Notes: generated from the letters alone by a model not told the origin. Counted from the stretch's first letter, positions 16,883 through 27,203 are shown. The stretch is DNA of 35,579 nucleotides from Candidatus Sysuimicrobiota bacterium (GCA_040289515.1 PSLI01000021.1:1-35579); one strand, 5' to 3'. Translations and numbers: made by a program.

Positions 16883-17490
16883 AGGCGGCGGATCACCCCG
16901 ACGGCCTTCCCTTCGATGACTACGTCCCGCGTGTAGATGGGCTCCATGGTTGGGTTCTCCGGCTGCAGGCGGATGCGGTCCCCTTCCCGGTAGAACCGCT
17001 TCACGGTGGCCTCCTCCCCGATGCGGGCCACCACGATGTCCCCGTCCTGCGCGTGGGACTGCTTGCGCACCACCAGGTAGTCGCCGTCGTAGATCCCAAC
17101 CCCCACCATGGAGTCCCCCCGTACCCGGAGCAGGAAGCACTCCCCGCTGCCCACGAAGTCCTCGGGCAGGGTAAAGGAGTCCTCGATGTTCTGCTCCGCG
17201 AGGATGGGGGCACCCGCGGTCACGCGCCCCACCACGGGCAGGGACACCACCCGCTTGTGGGGCAGGCTGGTGGGGTCCTTGAGCACCTCGATGGCGCGGG
17301 GCTTGCTGGGGTCCCGCCTCAGGTATCCCTTCTTCTCCAAGGCGCTCAGGTGGCTGTGCACCGTGGAGCTGCTGGTGAGGTGCAAGGCGTTGCCGATGTC
17401 CCGCACGGAGGGCGGGTAGCCACGCCGCCGCGTGTACTCGATCACGAAGTCAAGGATCTGCCGCTGCCGTCGCGTGAGCCCTCTGCTCAT
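16879..17490 (-). CDS. lexA: SOS repressor LexA (203 aa)
   Basis: Motifs [28 protein letters not shown], cleavage site VTAG, catalytic GDSM and TVKR. SD AAGGAGG precedes ATG 17490. Confidence 0.97.
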   Translation of the reverse strand: MSRGLTRRQRQILDFVIEYTRRRGYPPSVRDIGNALHLTSSSTVHSHLSALEKKGYLRRDPSKPRAIEVLKDPTSLPHKRVVSLPVVGRVTAGAPILAEQNIEDSFTLPEDFVGSGECFLLRVRGDSMVGVGIYDGDYLVVRKQSHAQDGDIVVARIGEEATVKRFYREGDRIRLQPENPTMEPIYTRDVVIEGKAVGVIRRL

Positions 17491-17519
17491 GGTCGTCCTC
17501 CTTCCCGTAGGGTGTGCGT

Positions 17520-17548
17520 ATCTTACCACACAGGTTTTCGATAGGCAA
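17520..17548 (-). promoter_or_regulatory. lexA promoter
   Basis: Minus-strand TTGCCT (17548-17543), 17-nt spacer, extended -10 TGgTAAGAT (17528-17520). Confidence 0.65.
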
Positions 17549-17558
17549 ACGGGTGTTC
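17547..17558 (-). promoter_or_regulatory. SOS (Cheo-type) box GAAC-ACCC-GTTT overlapping the lexA -35
   Basis: One mismatch to the Gram-positive consensus GAAC-N4-GTTC, consistent with the Firmicutes-like recognition helix of this LexA. Confidence 0.65.
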
Positions 17559-17568
17559 CGCTTGCGCC

Positions 17569-17598
17569 TTGACCCGTACCGGCCCCGCGCCGTAGACT
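17569..17598 (+). promoter_or_regulatory. rny operon promoter
   Basis: TTGACC (17569-17574), 18-nt spacer, TAGACT (17593-17598). Confidence 0.6.
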
Positions 17599-17638
17599 AC
17601 CCGAGAGGACGCACCGCCCTCGAGGGAGGTGACCAGCC

Positions 17639-19180
17639 ACGAACGCCACTGAGTTCGCCGCGCTGTTGGGCGCGGTGGGCACGGTGGCCTTCATCGGTGG
17701 GTACGCACTCCGGAAGCTGATCGCGGAAGCGAAGATCCGTTCGGCGGAAGCGGAAGCCCGCCGGATGGTGGAAGAGGCGCGACGTGAGGCCGAATCCAGG
17801 GTCAAGGAAGCCCTCCTGGAAGTCAAGGAGGAGGCGCTGCGGATCCGCCGCGAGGCGGAGCGGGAGATCCGGGAACAGCGCGCGGAACTCCAGCGCCTGG
17901 AGCGGCGGCTGGTCCAGCGGGAGGAAGCCCTGGAGCGCAGGGCGGACCAGCTGGAACGTCGTGAGCGCGCGATCCAGCAGCAGGAGCGGGAGCTGGCCCA
18001 GCGAGCCGAGGAGGTCACCGCGCTCATCGGCGAACAGCGGCAGGCCCTGGAGCGCATCGCGGGCCTGACCGCGGAGGAGGCGCGACAGCGCCTGCTGGAA
18101 CAGATGGAGGCCGAGGCGCGCGAGGACGCCCTCGCACGCCTGCGCAAAGTGGAGCGGGAGTTCCGGGAGGAGGCGGAGCGCCGGGCCCGAGAGATTCTGG
18201 CCCTGGCCATCCAGCGCACCGCCGCGGATCACACGGCGGAGGTTACCGTCTCCGTGGTCCCCCTGCCCTCCGAGGAGATGAAGGGGCGGATCATTGGCCG
18301 CGAGGGCCGCAACATCCGGGCCCTGGAGGCCCTCACGGGGGTGGATCTCATCATCGACGACACCCCGGAGGCGGTCACCCTGTCCTCCTTTGACCCCGTG
18401 CGGCGAGAAGTGGCCAAGATCGCCCTGGAGAAGCTCATGTCGGACGGCCGCATCCACCCGGCCCGCATCGAGGAGATGGTGGAGAAGGCACAGCGGGAGC
18501 TGGAGGAGCGGATCGTCCAGGAGGGGGAGCGGGCTGCTCTGGAGGCAGGCGTGCACGGGCTGCACCCGGACCTGGTGAAGCTGTTGGGCCGTTTGAAGTT
18601 CCGCACCTCCTACGGCCAGAACGTGCTGCAACACTCCGTGGAGGCGGCCCTGCTGGCGGGGGAGCTGGCGGCCCAGCTGGGCGCGGACGTAGCTCTCGCC
18701 CGCCGGGCCGGCCTGCTGCACGACATCGGTAAGGCCCTCACCCACGAGGTGCAGGGCAGCCACACCCAGATCGGCCTGGACCTGGCCCGCCGCTATCACG
18801 AGCACCCCGCGGTGCTCAACGCCATCCTGTACCACCACGGGGAGGAGGAGCCCAAGTACGTGGAGGCGGTGCTGGTGGCGGCCGCGGACGCCATCTCGGG
18901 ATCCCGGCCGGGTGCCCGTAAGGAGTCCGTGGAGATGTACATCCAGCGCCTGCAGGCCCTGGAACAGCTGGCCACCTCCTTCCCAGGAGTGGAGAAGGCT
19001 TACGCTATCCAGGCTGGCCGCGAGATCCGGGTGATGGTGCGGCCCCAGGAGGTGGACGACCTGGCGGCTTACCGGCTCGCCCGCGACCTGGCGCGGAAGA
19101 TCGAATTGGCCCTGGACTACCCGGGGCAGATCAAGGTGACGGTCCTGCGGGAGACGCGCATTGTGGAGTACGCCCGCTGA
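17639..19180 (+). CDS. rny: Ribonuclease Y
   Basis: N-terminal TM helix, coiled coil, KH domain ([13 protein letters not shown]), [15 protein letters not shown] motif LLHDIGKA and [10 protein letters not shown]. The SD points to ACG 17639; the first canonical start is TTG 17666. Confidence 0.96.
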   Translation, partial: TNATEFAALLGAVGTVAFIGGYALRKLIAEAKIRSAEAEARRMVEEARREAESRVKEALLEVKEEALRIRREAEREIREQRAELQRLERRLVQREEALERRADQLERRERAIQQQERELAQRAEEVTALIGEQRQALERIAGLTAEEARQRLLEQMEAEAREDALARLRKVEREFREEAERRAREILALAIQRTAADHTAEVTVSVVPLPSEEMKGRIIGREGRNIRALEALTGVDLIIDDTPEAVTLSSFDPVRREVAKIALEKLMSDGRIHPARIEEMVEKAQRELEERIVQEGERAALEAGVHGLHPDLVKLLGRLKFRTSYGQNVLQHSVEAALLAGELAAQLGADVALARRAGLLHDIGKALTHEVQGSHTQIGLDLARRYHEHPAVLNAILYHHGEEEPKYVEAVLVAAADAISGSRPGARKESVEMYIQRLQALEQLATSFPGVEKAYAIQAGREIRVMVRPQEVDDLAAYRLARDLARKIELALDYPGQIKVTVLRETRIVEYAR

Positions 19181-19189
19181 GGGCGGGGC

Positions 19190-19744
19190 TTGACCATGGG
19201 AACTTCCCACCCCCTGCAGGCGCTCCGTCTGGTCCCCGACAGCGTGAGCTTCGTGGCGGCGCTGCTGGTGAGGTTCCCGGAGCTCGCCTCCGTCACCTTC
19301 GACCCGCGGGCGGGCACCCTTCGGGCGTCCTTGCTGGTGGCCCGCAGGCTGCCCGCCCAGCCTCGGGCTCGGTTCGCCCGCCGGCTACTGGACGCGGTGG
19401 CGGTGCTGCGCGAGTTACAAGGAGGGCCCGCACCCGAGGGGGAGGTGCGCTGGCAGCTGGGTCCCAACTTCACCCGCTTCACGCTGGTGCGCTCCGTGGA
19501 CGATCTCACGGTGGAGGAGCTGCGGGTGGTAGCTCAGCTGGCGCGCGACAGCTTCGGCGGAGACCTTGTGGCGGGGCAGGAGAACCCGGAGGAGGACGAC
19601 CGGGAGGAGGAGCTCCGCTACGCCCTGGAGCACGTCCGTCACCTACGGCCCAGCCGTCCCGTGGTGGGCGTCCGGGAGGGCGCGGAGGTGTTCGTGTACT
19701 GCGCCCCCAGGCCCACCCGGCGTGTTCGGGAGCGCGCGCCTTGA
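19190..19744 (+). CDS. Conserved-looking hypothetical protein between rny and ymdB
   Basis: Fills the operon gap, has host codon usage, and its stop overlaps the ymdB start (TTGA). Start at TTG 19190 or ATG 19196. Confidence 0.75.
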   Translation: MTMGTSHPLQALRLVPDSVSFVAALLVRFPELASVTFDPRAGTLRASLLVARRLPAQPRARFARRLLDAVAVLRELQGGPAPEGEVRWQLGPNFTRFTLVRSVDDLTVEELRVVAQLARDSFGGDLVAGQENPEEDDREEELRYALEHVRHLRPSRPVVGVREGAEVFVYCAPRPTRRVRERAP

Positions 19745-20514
19745 GGATCCTGTTCGTGGGGGACGTGCACGGGCGCCCGGGCCGTCGGGTCGTGGCGCGC
19801 CGGGTTCCCTCCCTGCGGAGGGAGCTGGGGGTGGACTTCGTGGTGGCCAACGCGGAGAACAGCGCGGGCGGGGTCGGGCTCACCCCCAAGACCGCCGGGG
19901 AGCTGTTCGAGGCGGGTGTGGACGTGCTCACGGGTGGCAACCACACCTGGGCCAAGCGGGAGGCCTACGAGCTGCTGGACTCCGACCCGCGCCTGGTGCG
20001 GCCCGCTAACTACCCTCCCGGGGTGCCCGGGCAGGGCAGCACCGTGCTGCGCCGCGGGGACCTAGCCCTGGCGGTGCTCAACCTGCAGGGCCGGGTGTTC
20101 ATGCAGCCCCTGGACGATCCCTTCCGGGTGGCGAGCGCGGAGGTGGGCCGCCTGAGAGCCCACACCCCCTTCGTCCTGGTGGACTTCCACGCGGAGGCCA
20201 CCTCCGAAAAGCTGGCCATGGGTTACTACCTGGACGGCCGGGTTACCGCGGTGGTCGGCACCCACACCCACGTGCAGACCGCGGACGACCGCGTGCTGCC
20301 GGGCGGTACCGCGTACATCACCGACGTGGGCATGACGGGGCCGTGGGAGGGGATCATCGGGGTGGATCGGGAGGCCATCCTGCAGCGGTTCCTCACCCAG
20401 CTGCCCGTGCGGTTCGAGGTGGCCGCAGGCCCCGTGCAGTTCAGCGCGGTGCTGGTGGAGGCCGACGACCACGGGCGGGCCACCGCCATCCGCCGCATCC
20501 ACGAGGTAGACTGA
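19741..20514 (+). CDS. ymdB: YmdB-family metallophosphoesterase (TIGR00282-like)
   Basis: Motifs ILFVGDVHG, VANAENSAGG, TGGNH, RPANYP, VDFHAEATSEK, VGTHTHVQT and YITDVGMTG. Confidence 0.95.
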   Translation: MRILFVGDVHGRPGRRVVARRVPSLRRELGVDFVVANAENSAGGVGLTPKTAGELFEAGVDVLTGGNHTWAKREAYELLDSDPRLVRPANYPPGVPGQGSTVLRRGDLALAVLNLQGRVFMQPLDDPFRVASAEVGRLRAHTPFVLVDFHAEATSEKLAMGYYLDGRVTAVVGTHTHVQTADDRVLPGGTAYITDVGMTGPWEGIIGVDREAILQRFLTQLPVRFEVAAGPVQFSAVLVEADDHGRATAIRRIHEVD

Positions 20515-20516
20515 CT

Positions 20517-21341
20517 ATGCGCGTGCGCGCAGACCTGCACACCCACACCACGGCATCCGACGGCACCCTGTCGCCCCGGGAGCTGGTGCGGGAGGCGTGT
20601 GCCGCGGGCCTGAAGGTGCTGGCGCTCACGGACCACGACACCACGGAGGGCATCCGGGAAGCCCAGGGGGAGGCCGCCCGGTTGGGGATCGAGCTGATCC
20701 CGGGGGTGGAGCTGAGCACCCACGTCCCCGGCTCGGAGGTGCACATCCTGGGCTACTTCGTGGACTGGCACGAGCAGCAGTTGGCGGGCCTGCTGCGCAG
20801 GTTGCGAAAGGGCCGGGTGAACCGCGCGCGGGAGATGGTGCGCCGGCTGAACCAGCTAGGGGTGCCCCTCACCTTCGAGGACGTGGCCCGGCACGCGGAC
20901 GGTGCGGTGGGCCGCCCCCACGTGGCGCGGGCGCTGGTGGCGGGAGGATATGTGGCCAGTTTTGAGGAGGCCTTCACCCGCTACCTGGCCAGGGGAAGGC
21001 CCGCGTACGTGGAGCGGGAACGCTTCACCCCCGAGGAGGCGGTGCAAGTCATCCTGCAGGCTGGTGGGGTGCCGGTGTTTGCGCACCCTCTGTGGGGCGG
21101 GGACCGGGAGCGGCTGGCGCAGCTTGTGGGCTGCGGGCTCAGGGGGATCGAGGTGTACTACCCGGACCATTCCCCGGAGCAGGTGCGCCGGTTCCTGGGG
21201 TGGGCGGAGGAGTTCGGCCTGGTGGCGACGGGCGGCAGCGACTACCATGGACCCGGACCGGCCAGCCGCGCGCCCCTGGGCAGCGTGTATGTGCCCACGG
21301 GGGCGGTGGAGGCCCTGCGGGCCGTGCGGGGAGGCCGGTAG
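20517..21341 (+). CDS. PHP-domain phosphoesterase (TrpH/YciV-like)
   Basis: Motifs DLHTHTTASDG, ALTDHDT, PGVELS, HILGY, GRPHVA, FAHP and TGGSDYHG. ATG 20517. Confidence 0.92.
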   Translation: MRVRADLHTHTTASDGTLSPRELVREACAAGLKVLALTDHDTTEGIREAQGEAARLGIELIPGVELSTHVPGSEVHILGYFVDWHEQQLAGLLRRLRKGRVNRAREMVRRLNQLGVPLTFEDVARHADGAVGRPHVARALVAGGYVASFEEAFTRYLARGRPAYVERERFTPEEAVQVILQAGGVPVFAHPLWGGDRERLAQLVGCGLRGIEVYYPDHSPEQVRRFLGWAEEFGLVATGGSDYHGPGPASRAPLGSVYVPTGAVEALRAVRGGR

Positions 21342-21353
21342 AGGAGGCGTGCG

Positions 21354-21575
21354 GTGCGTTGTCCCAGGTGCGGGGCGGAGAACCCCGAGCGCAAGATCGT
21401 GTGTCGCAAGTGCGGGGCGCGGCTGCGTCCCGTGCCCGCGGCCCCTTCCCCCGTGACCCAGGAGACCTCCACGCAGCTTCTGTGGCGGCTGCGGTGGGAT
21501 CTGATCCGGGTGGGTGCGGTCTTCGCGGTTTCCGCGGCCGTAGCCCTGGCCCTAGGGCTGTTCGTGCTGCGTTGA
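21354..21575 (+). CDS. Small zinc-ribbon membrane protein
   Basis: CPRCG...CRKCG zinc ribbon plus a C-terminal hydrophobic helix. SD GAGGAGG. Confidence 0.8.
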   Translation: MRCPRCGAENPERKIVCRKCGARLRPVPAAPSPVTQETSTQLLWRLRWDLIRVGAVFAVSAAVALALGLFVLR

Positions 21576-21577
21576 CG

Positions 21578-21583
21578 TATAAT
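21578..21583 (+). promoter_or_regulatory. Consensus -10 (TATAAT) upstream of the valS leader
   Basis: Perfect TATAAT immediately after the upstream stop in a ~70% GC context. No convincing -35. Confidence 0.55.
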
Positions 21584-21625
21584 CCAAGCCGAAGACTGCA
21601 AACCGCGCGGCCGGCCCAGGGAGGC

Positions 21626-21661
21626 GCGCCGCTCCGTCGACTCGGACGGGCGGCGCTTTTT
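21626..21661 (+). terminator. Intrinsic terminator/attenuator directly upstream of valS
   Basis: 12-bp stem GCGCCGC(T)CCGTC / GACGGGCGGCGC with a 1-nt bulge, loop GACTCG, followed by TTTTT. Confidence 0.75.
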
Positions 21662-21684
21662 CGATGGAGGGAGGTGTGCGTCCG

Positions 21685-24321
21685 GTGGAGCTGGTCAAGG
21701 CCTACGACCCGTCCCAGGTGGAAGAGGCCCTGTACCGCACGTGGATGGAACGGGGGTACTTCCGTGCCCTCCCGGACCGCCGTCGCGCGCCGTGGGCGGT
21801 GATGATGCCCCTGCCCAACGTCACGGGGGAACTGCACATCGGGCATGCCCTCAACAACACCCTGCAGGACGTGCAGACCCGCTTCTGGCGCATGCGGGGC
21901 CGCAACGCCCTGTACCAGCCGGGTACCGACCACGCGGGGATTGCCACGCAGAACGTGGTGGAGCGGGAACTGGCCCGCCAGGGCCTGCGCCGGGAGGACC
22001 TGGGCCGTGAGGGGTTCGAGCAGCAGGTGTGGCGGTGGGTGGAAAAGTACGGGCAGATCATCTATGCCCAGCTGCAGCGGCTGGGGGTCTCCTGCGACTG
22101 GGACCGCAAGATCTTCACCCTGGACCCCGACTACTACGACGCGGTGCAAGAGGCCTTCGTGCGCCTGTATCGGAAGGGTCGCCTCTACCGCAGCCGCGAT
22201 TACATGGTAAACTGGTGCCCCCGTTGCGCCACCGCCCTCTCGGACCTGGAGGTGGTGCACGAGGAGCTGGACAGCTTCCTGTGGTACGTGCGCTACCCCG
22301 GTGCGGACGGGTCCGAGGGGGTGGTGATCGCCACCCAGCGGCCGGAGACCATCCTGGCGGACGTGGCGGTGGCGGTGCACCCCGAGGACAGCCGCTACCG
22401 CCATCTGGTAGGCCGCCAGGTGGTAGTGCCCCTGGTGGACCGGCCGGTGCCCGTGGTGGCCGACCCGCGGGTGGACCCGGAATTTGGCACGGGGGCGGTG
22501 AAGATCACCCCCGGCCACGACCCCCTGGACTACGAGATCGGCAAGGACCACGGACTTCCGATCCTGGTGGTGATCGGGGAGGACGGGCGCATGAACGACC
22601 AGGCGGGTCATTTCGCGGGGCTGGAGCGGTTTGAGGCGCGGGAGCGGGTGGCCCAGGCTCTGCAGCAGGCCGGTCTGGTGGTGCACCGGGAGCCGTACCG
22701 CACCCGGGTGGGCCGGTGCGACCGCTGCCACACCGTTATCGAGCCTGCCCTCAGCGAGCAGTGGTTCTGCGACGTGCGGGAGATGGCCCAGCGGGCCGCG
22801 GAGGCCATCCGCGCGGGCCGCGTGCGGTTCTTCCCGGAGCGGTGGGCGGGGGTAGCCCTGGACTGGCTGGACAACATCCGGCCTTGGTGCGTGTCCCGGC
22901 AGCTGTGGTGGGGCCACCGCATCCCCGTGTGGTGGTGTGAGGTCTGCCACCACCCCGTGGCCTCCAAGGCGGTGCCCCAGGAGGCGTGTCCGGCCTGCGG
23001 GGCGCGGGCCTGGCGACAGGACCCGGACGTGCTGGACACGTGGTTCAGCAGCGCCCTGTGGCCCTTTGCCACCTTGGGCTGGCCCCGCGACACCGAGGAT
23101 CTACGCTACTTCTACCCCACCAGCGTCCTCATCACGGACCGCGGGATCCTGTTCCTGTGGGTGTGCCGCATGATCATGTTCGGCCTGGAGTTCATGGACG
23201 AGGTGCCTTTCCACCACGTGTACATCAACCCCACGGTGATGGATCTACAGGGCCGGCGCATGAGCAAGTCCCTGGGCACAGGGGTGGACCCCCTGCAGGC
23301 CATCCGGCGCTACGGCGCGGACGCATTGCGGTTCGGGCTGGTGGCGCGGTGCTCCCAGGCCCAGCAGGACCTGCGGTTCGACGAGAAGATGGTGGCCGAC
23401 ACCCGCAACTTCGCCAACAAAGTGTGGAACGCCACCCGGTACGTGGTCCGCACCCTCGAGGGCTGGGACCCGTACGCGGTGGACCCCGCCTCCTTGCAGC
23501 TGCGGACCGCGGACCGGTGGATCACCAGCCGCCTGCAGCGCACCATCCAGGCGGTGACAGCGGCCTACGAGGCGTACGAGTTCGACCGGGCGGCCAAGAC
23601 CCTGTACCACTTCCTGTGGAGCGAGTTCTGCGACTGGTACCTGGAGATGAGCAAGGTGCTACTGCAGGATCCGCAGGCGCAAGACACCACCCGCTACACC
23701 CTGTGGCGAACCCTGGAGGTGGCCCTGCGCCTGCTGCACCCCATCATGCCCTTCGTCACGGAGGCAGCCTGGCAGGCCCTGCCCCACCGGGGCGACAGCG
23801 TGATGGTGGCTGCGTGGCCGGAGGCGGACTTGGGTCCGGTAGACCCTGCGGCAGAGGAGGAGATGGAGCTGGTGCAAGGGGTCGTGCGGGAGATCCGCAG
23901 CCTGCGGGCAGACCTGCGGACGCCACCTCAGGAGCGCGTGGAGGTGCACCTCGTGGCCGGCGGCACAGGCGCTATCCTCCAGATGCACCGGCTCTTGGTG
24001 GAGGCGCTGGCGCGAGCTCGCGTTCGGTTCGTGGAGGAGTGCCTGCGTCCGCACCCAGTCGCGGGCGGGGTGGTGGGCCCCGTGGAGGTGTGGGTCCCCT
24101 TGGACCGGGCGCAGGCGGACCGGCTGGCGCAGCGGGCGCGGGAGGAGCTGGAGGAGGTGGAGCGGGAGCTGCAACGGGTGCGCGCTCGGCTAGGCAACCC
24201 AGACTTCCTGCGCCGCGCCCCCGCGGAGGTGGTGGAGGCGGAGCGGGCGCGGCTGCGCGAGGTGGAGGCCCGGCGGGACAAGCTTTCCCGGTACGCGGTA
24301 CCCCAGCCGCCGCGGGGCTAG
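21685..24321 (+). CDS. valS: Valine--tRNA ligase
   Basis: Motifs [63 protein letters not shown] and a C-terminal coiled coil. GTG 21685 follows SD GGAGGT. Confidence 0.97.
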   Translation: MELVKAYDPSQVEEALYRTWMERGYFRALPDRRRAPWAVMMPLPNVTGELHIGHALNNTLQDVQTRFWRMRGRNALYQPGTDHAGIATQNVVERELARQGLRREDLGREGFEQQVWRWVEKYGQIIYAQLQRLGVSCDWDRKIFTLDPDYYDAVQEAFVRLYRKGRLYRSRDYMVNWCPRCATALSDLEVVHEELDSFLWYVRYPGADGSEGVVIATQRPETILADVAVAVHPEDSRYRHLVGRQVVVPLVDRPVPVVADPRVDPEFGTGAVKITPGHDPLDYEIGKDHGLPILVVIGEDGRMNDQAGHFAGLERFEARERVAQALQQAGLVVHREPYRTRVGRCDRCHTVIEPALSEQWFCDVREMAQRAAEAIRAGRVRFFPERWAGVALDWLDNIRPWCVSRQLWWGHRIPVWWCEVCHHPVASKAVPQEACPACGARAWRQDPDVLDTWFSSALWPFATLGWPRDTEDLRYFYPTSVLITDRGILFLWVCRMIMFGLEFMDEVPFHHVYINPTVMDLQGRRMSKSLGTGVDPLQAIRRYGADALRFGLVARCSQAQQDLRFDEKMVADTRNFANKVWNATRYVVRTLEGWDPYAVDPASLQLRTADRWITSRLQRTIQAVTAAYEAYEFDRAAKTLYHFLWSEFCDWYLEMSKVLLQDPQAQDTTRYTLWRTLEVALRLLHPIMPFVTEAAWQALPHRGDSVMVAAWPEADLGPVDPAAEEEMELVQGVVREIRSLRADLRTPPQERVEVHLVAGGTGAILQMHRLLVEALARARVRFVEECLRPHPVAGGVVGPVEVWVPLDRAQADRLAQRAREELEEVERELQRVRARLGNPDFLRRAPAEVVEAERARLREVEARRDKLSRYAVPQPPRG

Positions 24322-24385
24322 CCTCCGCCAGGGATCCTTGACGGCCGTGTCGAACTGTCCTGTGGGCAGCAGACGAGGAGGCGCT

Positions 24386-25159
24386 ATGGAGTTCCAGAAC
24401 GTCCTCACCCAGGTGGACGGCCACGTGGCCACCATCCGCTTGAACCGGCCCCAGGTCCTCAACGCCCTCAACGGCCAAACCATGGACGAGCTGTGTGCGG
24501 CCCTGGATGCCTTCGAGGCGGACCCCGAGGTGCGGGTGGTGGTGATCACCGGGAATGAGCGCGCCTTCGCCGCGGGCGCGGACATCGGGGAGTTCGCGGG
24601 GGTGACCCCCGTGGGCATGCTGGAGGGGCCGCGGGGCAAGCGGTGGGAGCGGATCCGGAGCTTCCCCAAGCCCCTCATCGCCGCGGTGAGTGGGTACTGC
24701 CTGGGCGGGGGATGCGAGCTGGCCATGGCGTGCGACATCATCGTGGCTTCCGAGACGGCCCGGTTCGGGCAGCCCGAGGTGAACTTGGGGATCCTGCCCG
24801 GCGCGGGCGGCACCCAGCGGCTGCCCCGCGCGGTGGGCAAGCACCGGGCCATGGAGATGATCCTTACGGGCCGGCATATCCCCGCACGGCAGGCGTACGA
24901 GTGGGGCCTCGTGAACCGCGTGGTGCCTCCGGAGGCCCTCCTGGACGAGGCGTACGCTTTGGCCCGGGAGATCGCCAGCAAGGCACCGGTGGCGGTGCGG
25001 CTGGCCAAGGCCGCCGTCCTGCGTTCTATGGACACGCCCCTGGAGGTGGGGCTAGATTACGAGCGCCGTCTGTTTGCCATCGCCTTCGGCACGGAGGACA
25101 AGGAGGAAGGTGTGCGGGCGTTTTTGGAAAAGCGCAGGCCCGCCTTCCAGGGACGGTGA
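24386..25159 (+). CDS. paaF: Enoyl-CoA hydratase (PaaF-like, crotonase family)
   Basis: Motifs [27 protein letters not shown] and [20 protein letters not shown] (both catalytic Glu present). SD GAGGAGG. Confidence 0.8.
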   Translation: MEFQNVLTQVDGHVATIRLNRPQVLNALNGQTMDELCAALDAFEADPEVRVVVITGNERAFAAGADIGEFAGVTPVGMLEGPRGKRWERIRSFPKPLIAAVSGYCLGGGCELAMACDIIVASETARFGQPEVNLGILPGAGGTQRLPRAVGKHRAMEMILTGRHIPARQAYEWGLVNRVVPPEALLDEAYALAREIASKAPVAVRLAKAAVLRSMDTPLEVGLDYERRLFAIAFGTEDKEEGVRAFLEKRRPAFQGR

Positions 25160-25166
25160 GAGGGCC

Positions 25167-25946
25167 GTGGACTACCAGACGCTGCGGTGGGAGCTGAGCG
25201 ACGGGGTTCTCACCCTGACCTTGAATCGGCCGGAGGTCCTCAACGCGGTCAACGACCGGATGGCGGAGGAGCTGTTGGATGCCCTGCGCCGCGCGGCCCG
25301 ACAGGCGGAGGTGCGCAGCGTGATCCTCACCGGCGCCGGGCGCGCCTTTTGCTCCGGCCAGGACCTGCGGGAGCGGGCCGGGAATTCCTTTTCTTACGCC
25401 CAGCACATCCGCACCCGCTACGTGCCGGTGATCGTGCAGCTGCAGAGTTTGGAAAAGCCCGTGGTGGCCGCGGTGAACGGTGTGGCGGCGGGCGCGGGGG
25501 CCAGCCTGGCTTTGGCGTGCGACCTGCGGGTGGCCTCGGAGGAGGCCAGCTTCCTGCAGGCGTTCACCCGCATCGGGCTGCTGCCGGACTCCGGCGCCAC
25601 GTACTTCCTGCCCCGCCTGGTGGGCTTGGGCAAGGCCTTCGAGCTGTGCTACCTGGCCGAGCCGGTGGGTGCTCGGGAGGCGCTGCGCCTAGGCCTGGTG
25701 AACTGGGTGGTACCTGGCCCGCAACTGATGGACAAGGCACGGGAGGTGGCGTCTCGCCTGGCCTCGGGCCCCACGCGCGCGTACGGGTTCACCAAGCGGG
25801 CGCTGCTGCACAACCTCACCGCGGACCTCGCCAGCGCCCTGGACTACGAGGCCATGCTACAGGAGGCCGCGGGCCGCACGGAGGATCACCGGGAGGGCGT
25901 GCAGGCGTTTCTGGAGAAGCGGCCGCCCCGTTACCTGGGGCGGTAG
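25167..25946 (+). CDS. paaG: Enoyl-CoA hydratase/isomerase (PaaG-like)
   Basis: Motifs AFCSGQDL, NGVAAGAGASLALACD and IGLLPDSG (Asp-type isomerase motif). GTG 25167. Confidence 0.75.
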   Translation: MDYQTLRWELSDGVLTLTLNRPEVLNAVNDRMAEELLDALRRAARQAEVRSVILTGAGRAFCSGQDLRERAGNSFSYAQHIRTRYVPVIVQLQSLEKPVVAAVNGVAAGAGASLALACDLRVASEEASFLQAFTRIGLLPDSGATYFLPRLVGLGKAFELCYLAEPVGAREALRLGLVNWVVPGPQLMDKAREVASRLASGPTRAYGFTKRALLHNLTADLASALDYEAMLQEAAGRTEDHREGVQAFLEKRPPRYLGR

Positions 25947-25967
25947 CCGGACGCGGGAAGGGTCACC

Positions 25968-27170
25968 GTGCGGGATGTGGTGATCGTGGACGCGGTCCGC
26001 ACCCCCATCGGGCGATACGGGGGTGCCCTGCGGAGCGTGCGGCCCGACGACCTGGCCGCCCTGGTGATTTCTGCCCTGGTGCAGCGGTCCGGCCTCGACC
26101 CCGCCCGCCTCGACGACGTGATCCTGGGCTGCGCCAACCAGGCGGGGGAAGACAACCGCAACGTGGCCCGCATGGCGGTCCTGCTGGCTGGGCTGCCCGT
26201 GGAGGTCCCCGGGCAGACGGTGAACCGCCTGTGCGGCTCCGGGCTGCAGGCCGCGGTGAGCGCGTTCCACGCCATCCGGTGCGGCGAGGGGGACGTGATG
26301 ATCGCGGGCGGGGTGGAGAGCATGACCCGCGCCCCCTTCGTAGTGGGCAAGGCCTCCGAGCCGTGGAGCCGGACCCTGGAGGTGTACGACACCACCATCG
26401 GCTGGCGGTTCACCAACCCTCGCCTGGCGGAGAAGTACCCTCCCTACTCCATGGGGGAGACGGCGGAGAACGTGGCGGAGCGCTACGGCATCAGCCGGGA
26501 GGAACAGGACCGCTACGCCCTGCTCAGCCAGCAGCGGGCGGCCCGTGCCATGAGCGAAGGGCGATTCCGGGACGAGATCGTGCCGGTGGTCATCCCCCAG
26601 CCCTCGGGCGAGCCCGTCGTGGTGGACCGGGATGAGCACCCGCGGCCGGACACCACCCTGGAGGCCCTGGCCGGCCTGCGGCCGGCGTTCCGGCACGGCG
26701 GCACGGTCACCGCGGGCAACAGCTCGGGGATCAACGATGGCGCCGCCGCGTTGCTACTGGCGGAGGCCAGCACCGCCCGGGAACTGGGCCTGCGGGCCAT
26801 GGCCCGCATCGTGGCTACCGCGGTGGCGGGCGTGGACCCCGCGGTGATGGGCATCGGTCCGGTGCCCGCGGTGCGCAAGGTGCTGGCCCGTGCGGGGCTG
26901 TCGGTGCAGGACATCGACCTTGTGGAGCTGAACGAGGCGTTCGCCAGCCAGGTGCTGGCGTGCGTGCGGGAGCTGGGGTTGGATCTGGAGCGGGTGAACG
27001 TCAACGGCGGGGCCATCGCCCTGGGCCACCCTTTGGGGGCCTCCGGAGCCCGCCTGCTGGGCCATCTGGTGTGGGAGATGCGGCGCCGCGGGGTGCACTA
27101 CGGCTTGGCCACCATGTGCATCGGGGTGGGGCAGGGGATCGCGGTGGTGGTGGAACGAATGGCGGACTAG
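25968..27170 (+). CDS. paaJ: 3-oxoadipyl-CoA / acetyl-CoA C-acyltransferase thiolase (PaaJ/PcaF-like)
   Basis: Motifs [47 protein letters not shown] and MCIGVGQG. Confidence 0.85.
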   Translation: MRDVVIVDAVRTPIGRYGGALRSVRPDDLAALVISALVQRSGLDPARLDDVILGCANQAGEDNRNVARMAVLLAGLPVEVPGQTVNRLCGSGLQAAVSAFHAIRCGEGDVMIAGGVESMTRAPFVVGKASEPWSRTLEVYDTTIGWRFTNPRLAEKYPPYSMGETAENVAERYGISREEQDRYALLSQQRAARAMSEGRFRDEIVPVVIPQPSGEPVVVDRDEHPRPDTTLEALAGLRPAFRHGGTVTAGNSSGINDGAAALLLAEASTARELGLRAMARIVATAVAGVDPAVMGIGPVPAVRKVLARAGLSVQDIDLVELNEAFASQVLACVRELGLDLERVNVNGGAIALGHPLGASGARLLGHLVWEMRRRGVHYGLATMCIGVGQGIAVVVERMAD

Positions 27171-27175
27171 CGCGC

Positions 27176-27203
27176 CAGGCCCGCCGCGCGGGCCTGCTAT
27201 ACT
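27176..27203 (+). promoter_or_regulatory. Hairpin after paaJ abutting an extended -10 for secD
   Basis: Stem CAGGCCCGC/GCGGGCCTG (27176-27196) overlaps TGcTATACT (27195-27203). Confidence 0.5.

Noticed and set aside
17641..17656. GAAC-N8-GTTC at the start of rny, and GAAC-N5-GTTC at the start of secD
   Set aside because: Spacing does not fit the N4 SOS box and both lie at or in coding sequence.
17491..18219. N-terminal extension of the lexA ORF
   Set aside because: Antisense to rny; lexA has a clear SD and ATG at 17490.
21590..21625. GACTGCAAA (tRNA-Cys anticodon-like) and AACCGCG (T-box-like) words in the valS leader
   Set aside because: No cloverleaf, and no UGGN antiterminator bulge or Stem I, so it was not called as a tRNA or T-box.
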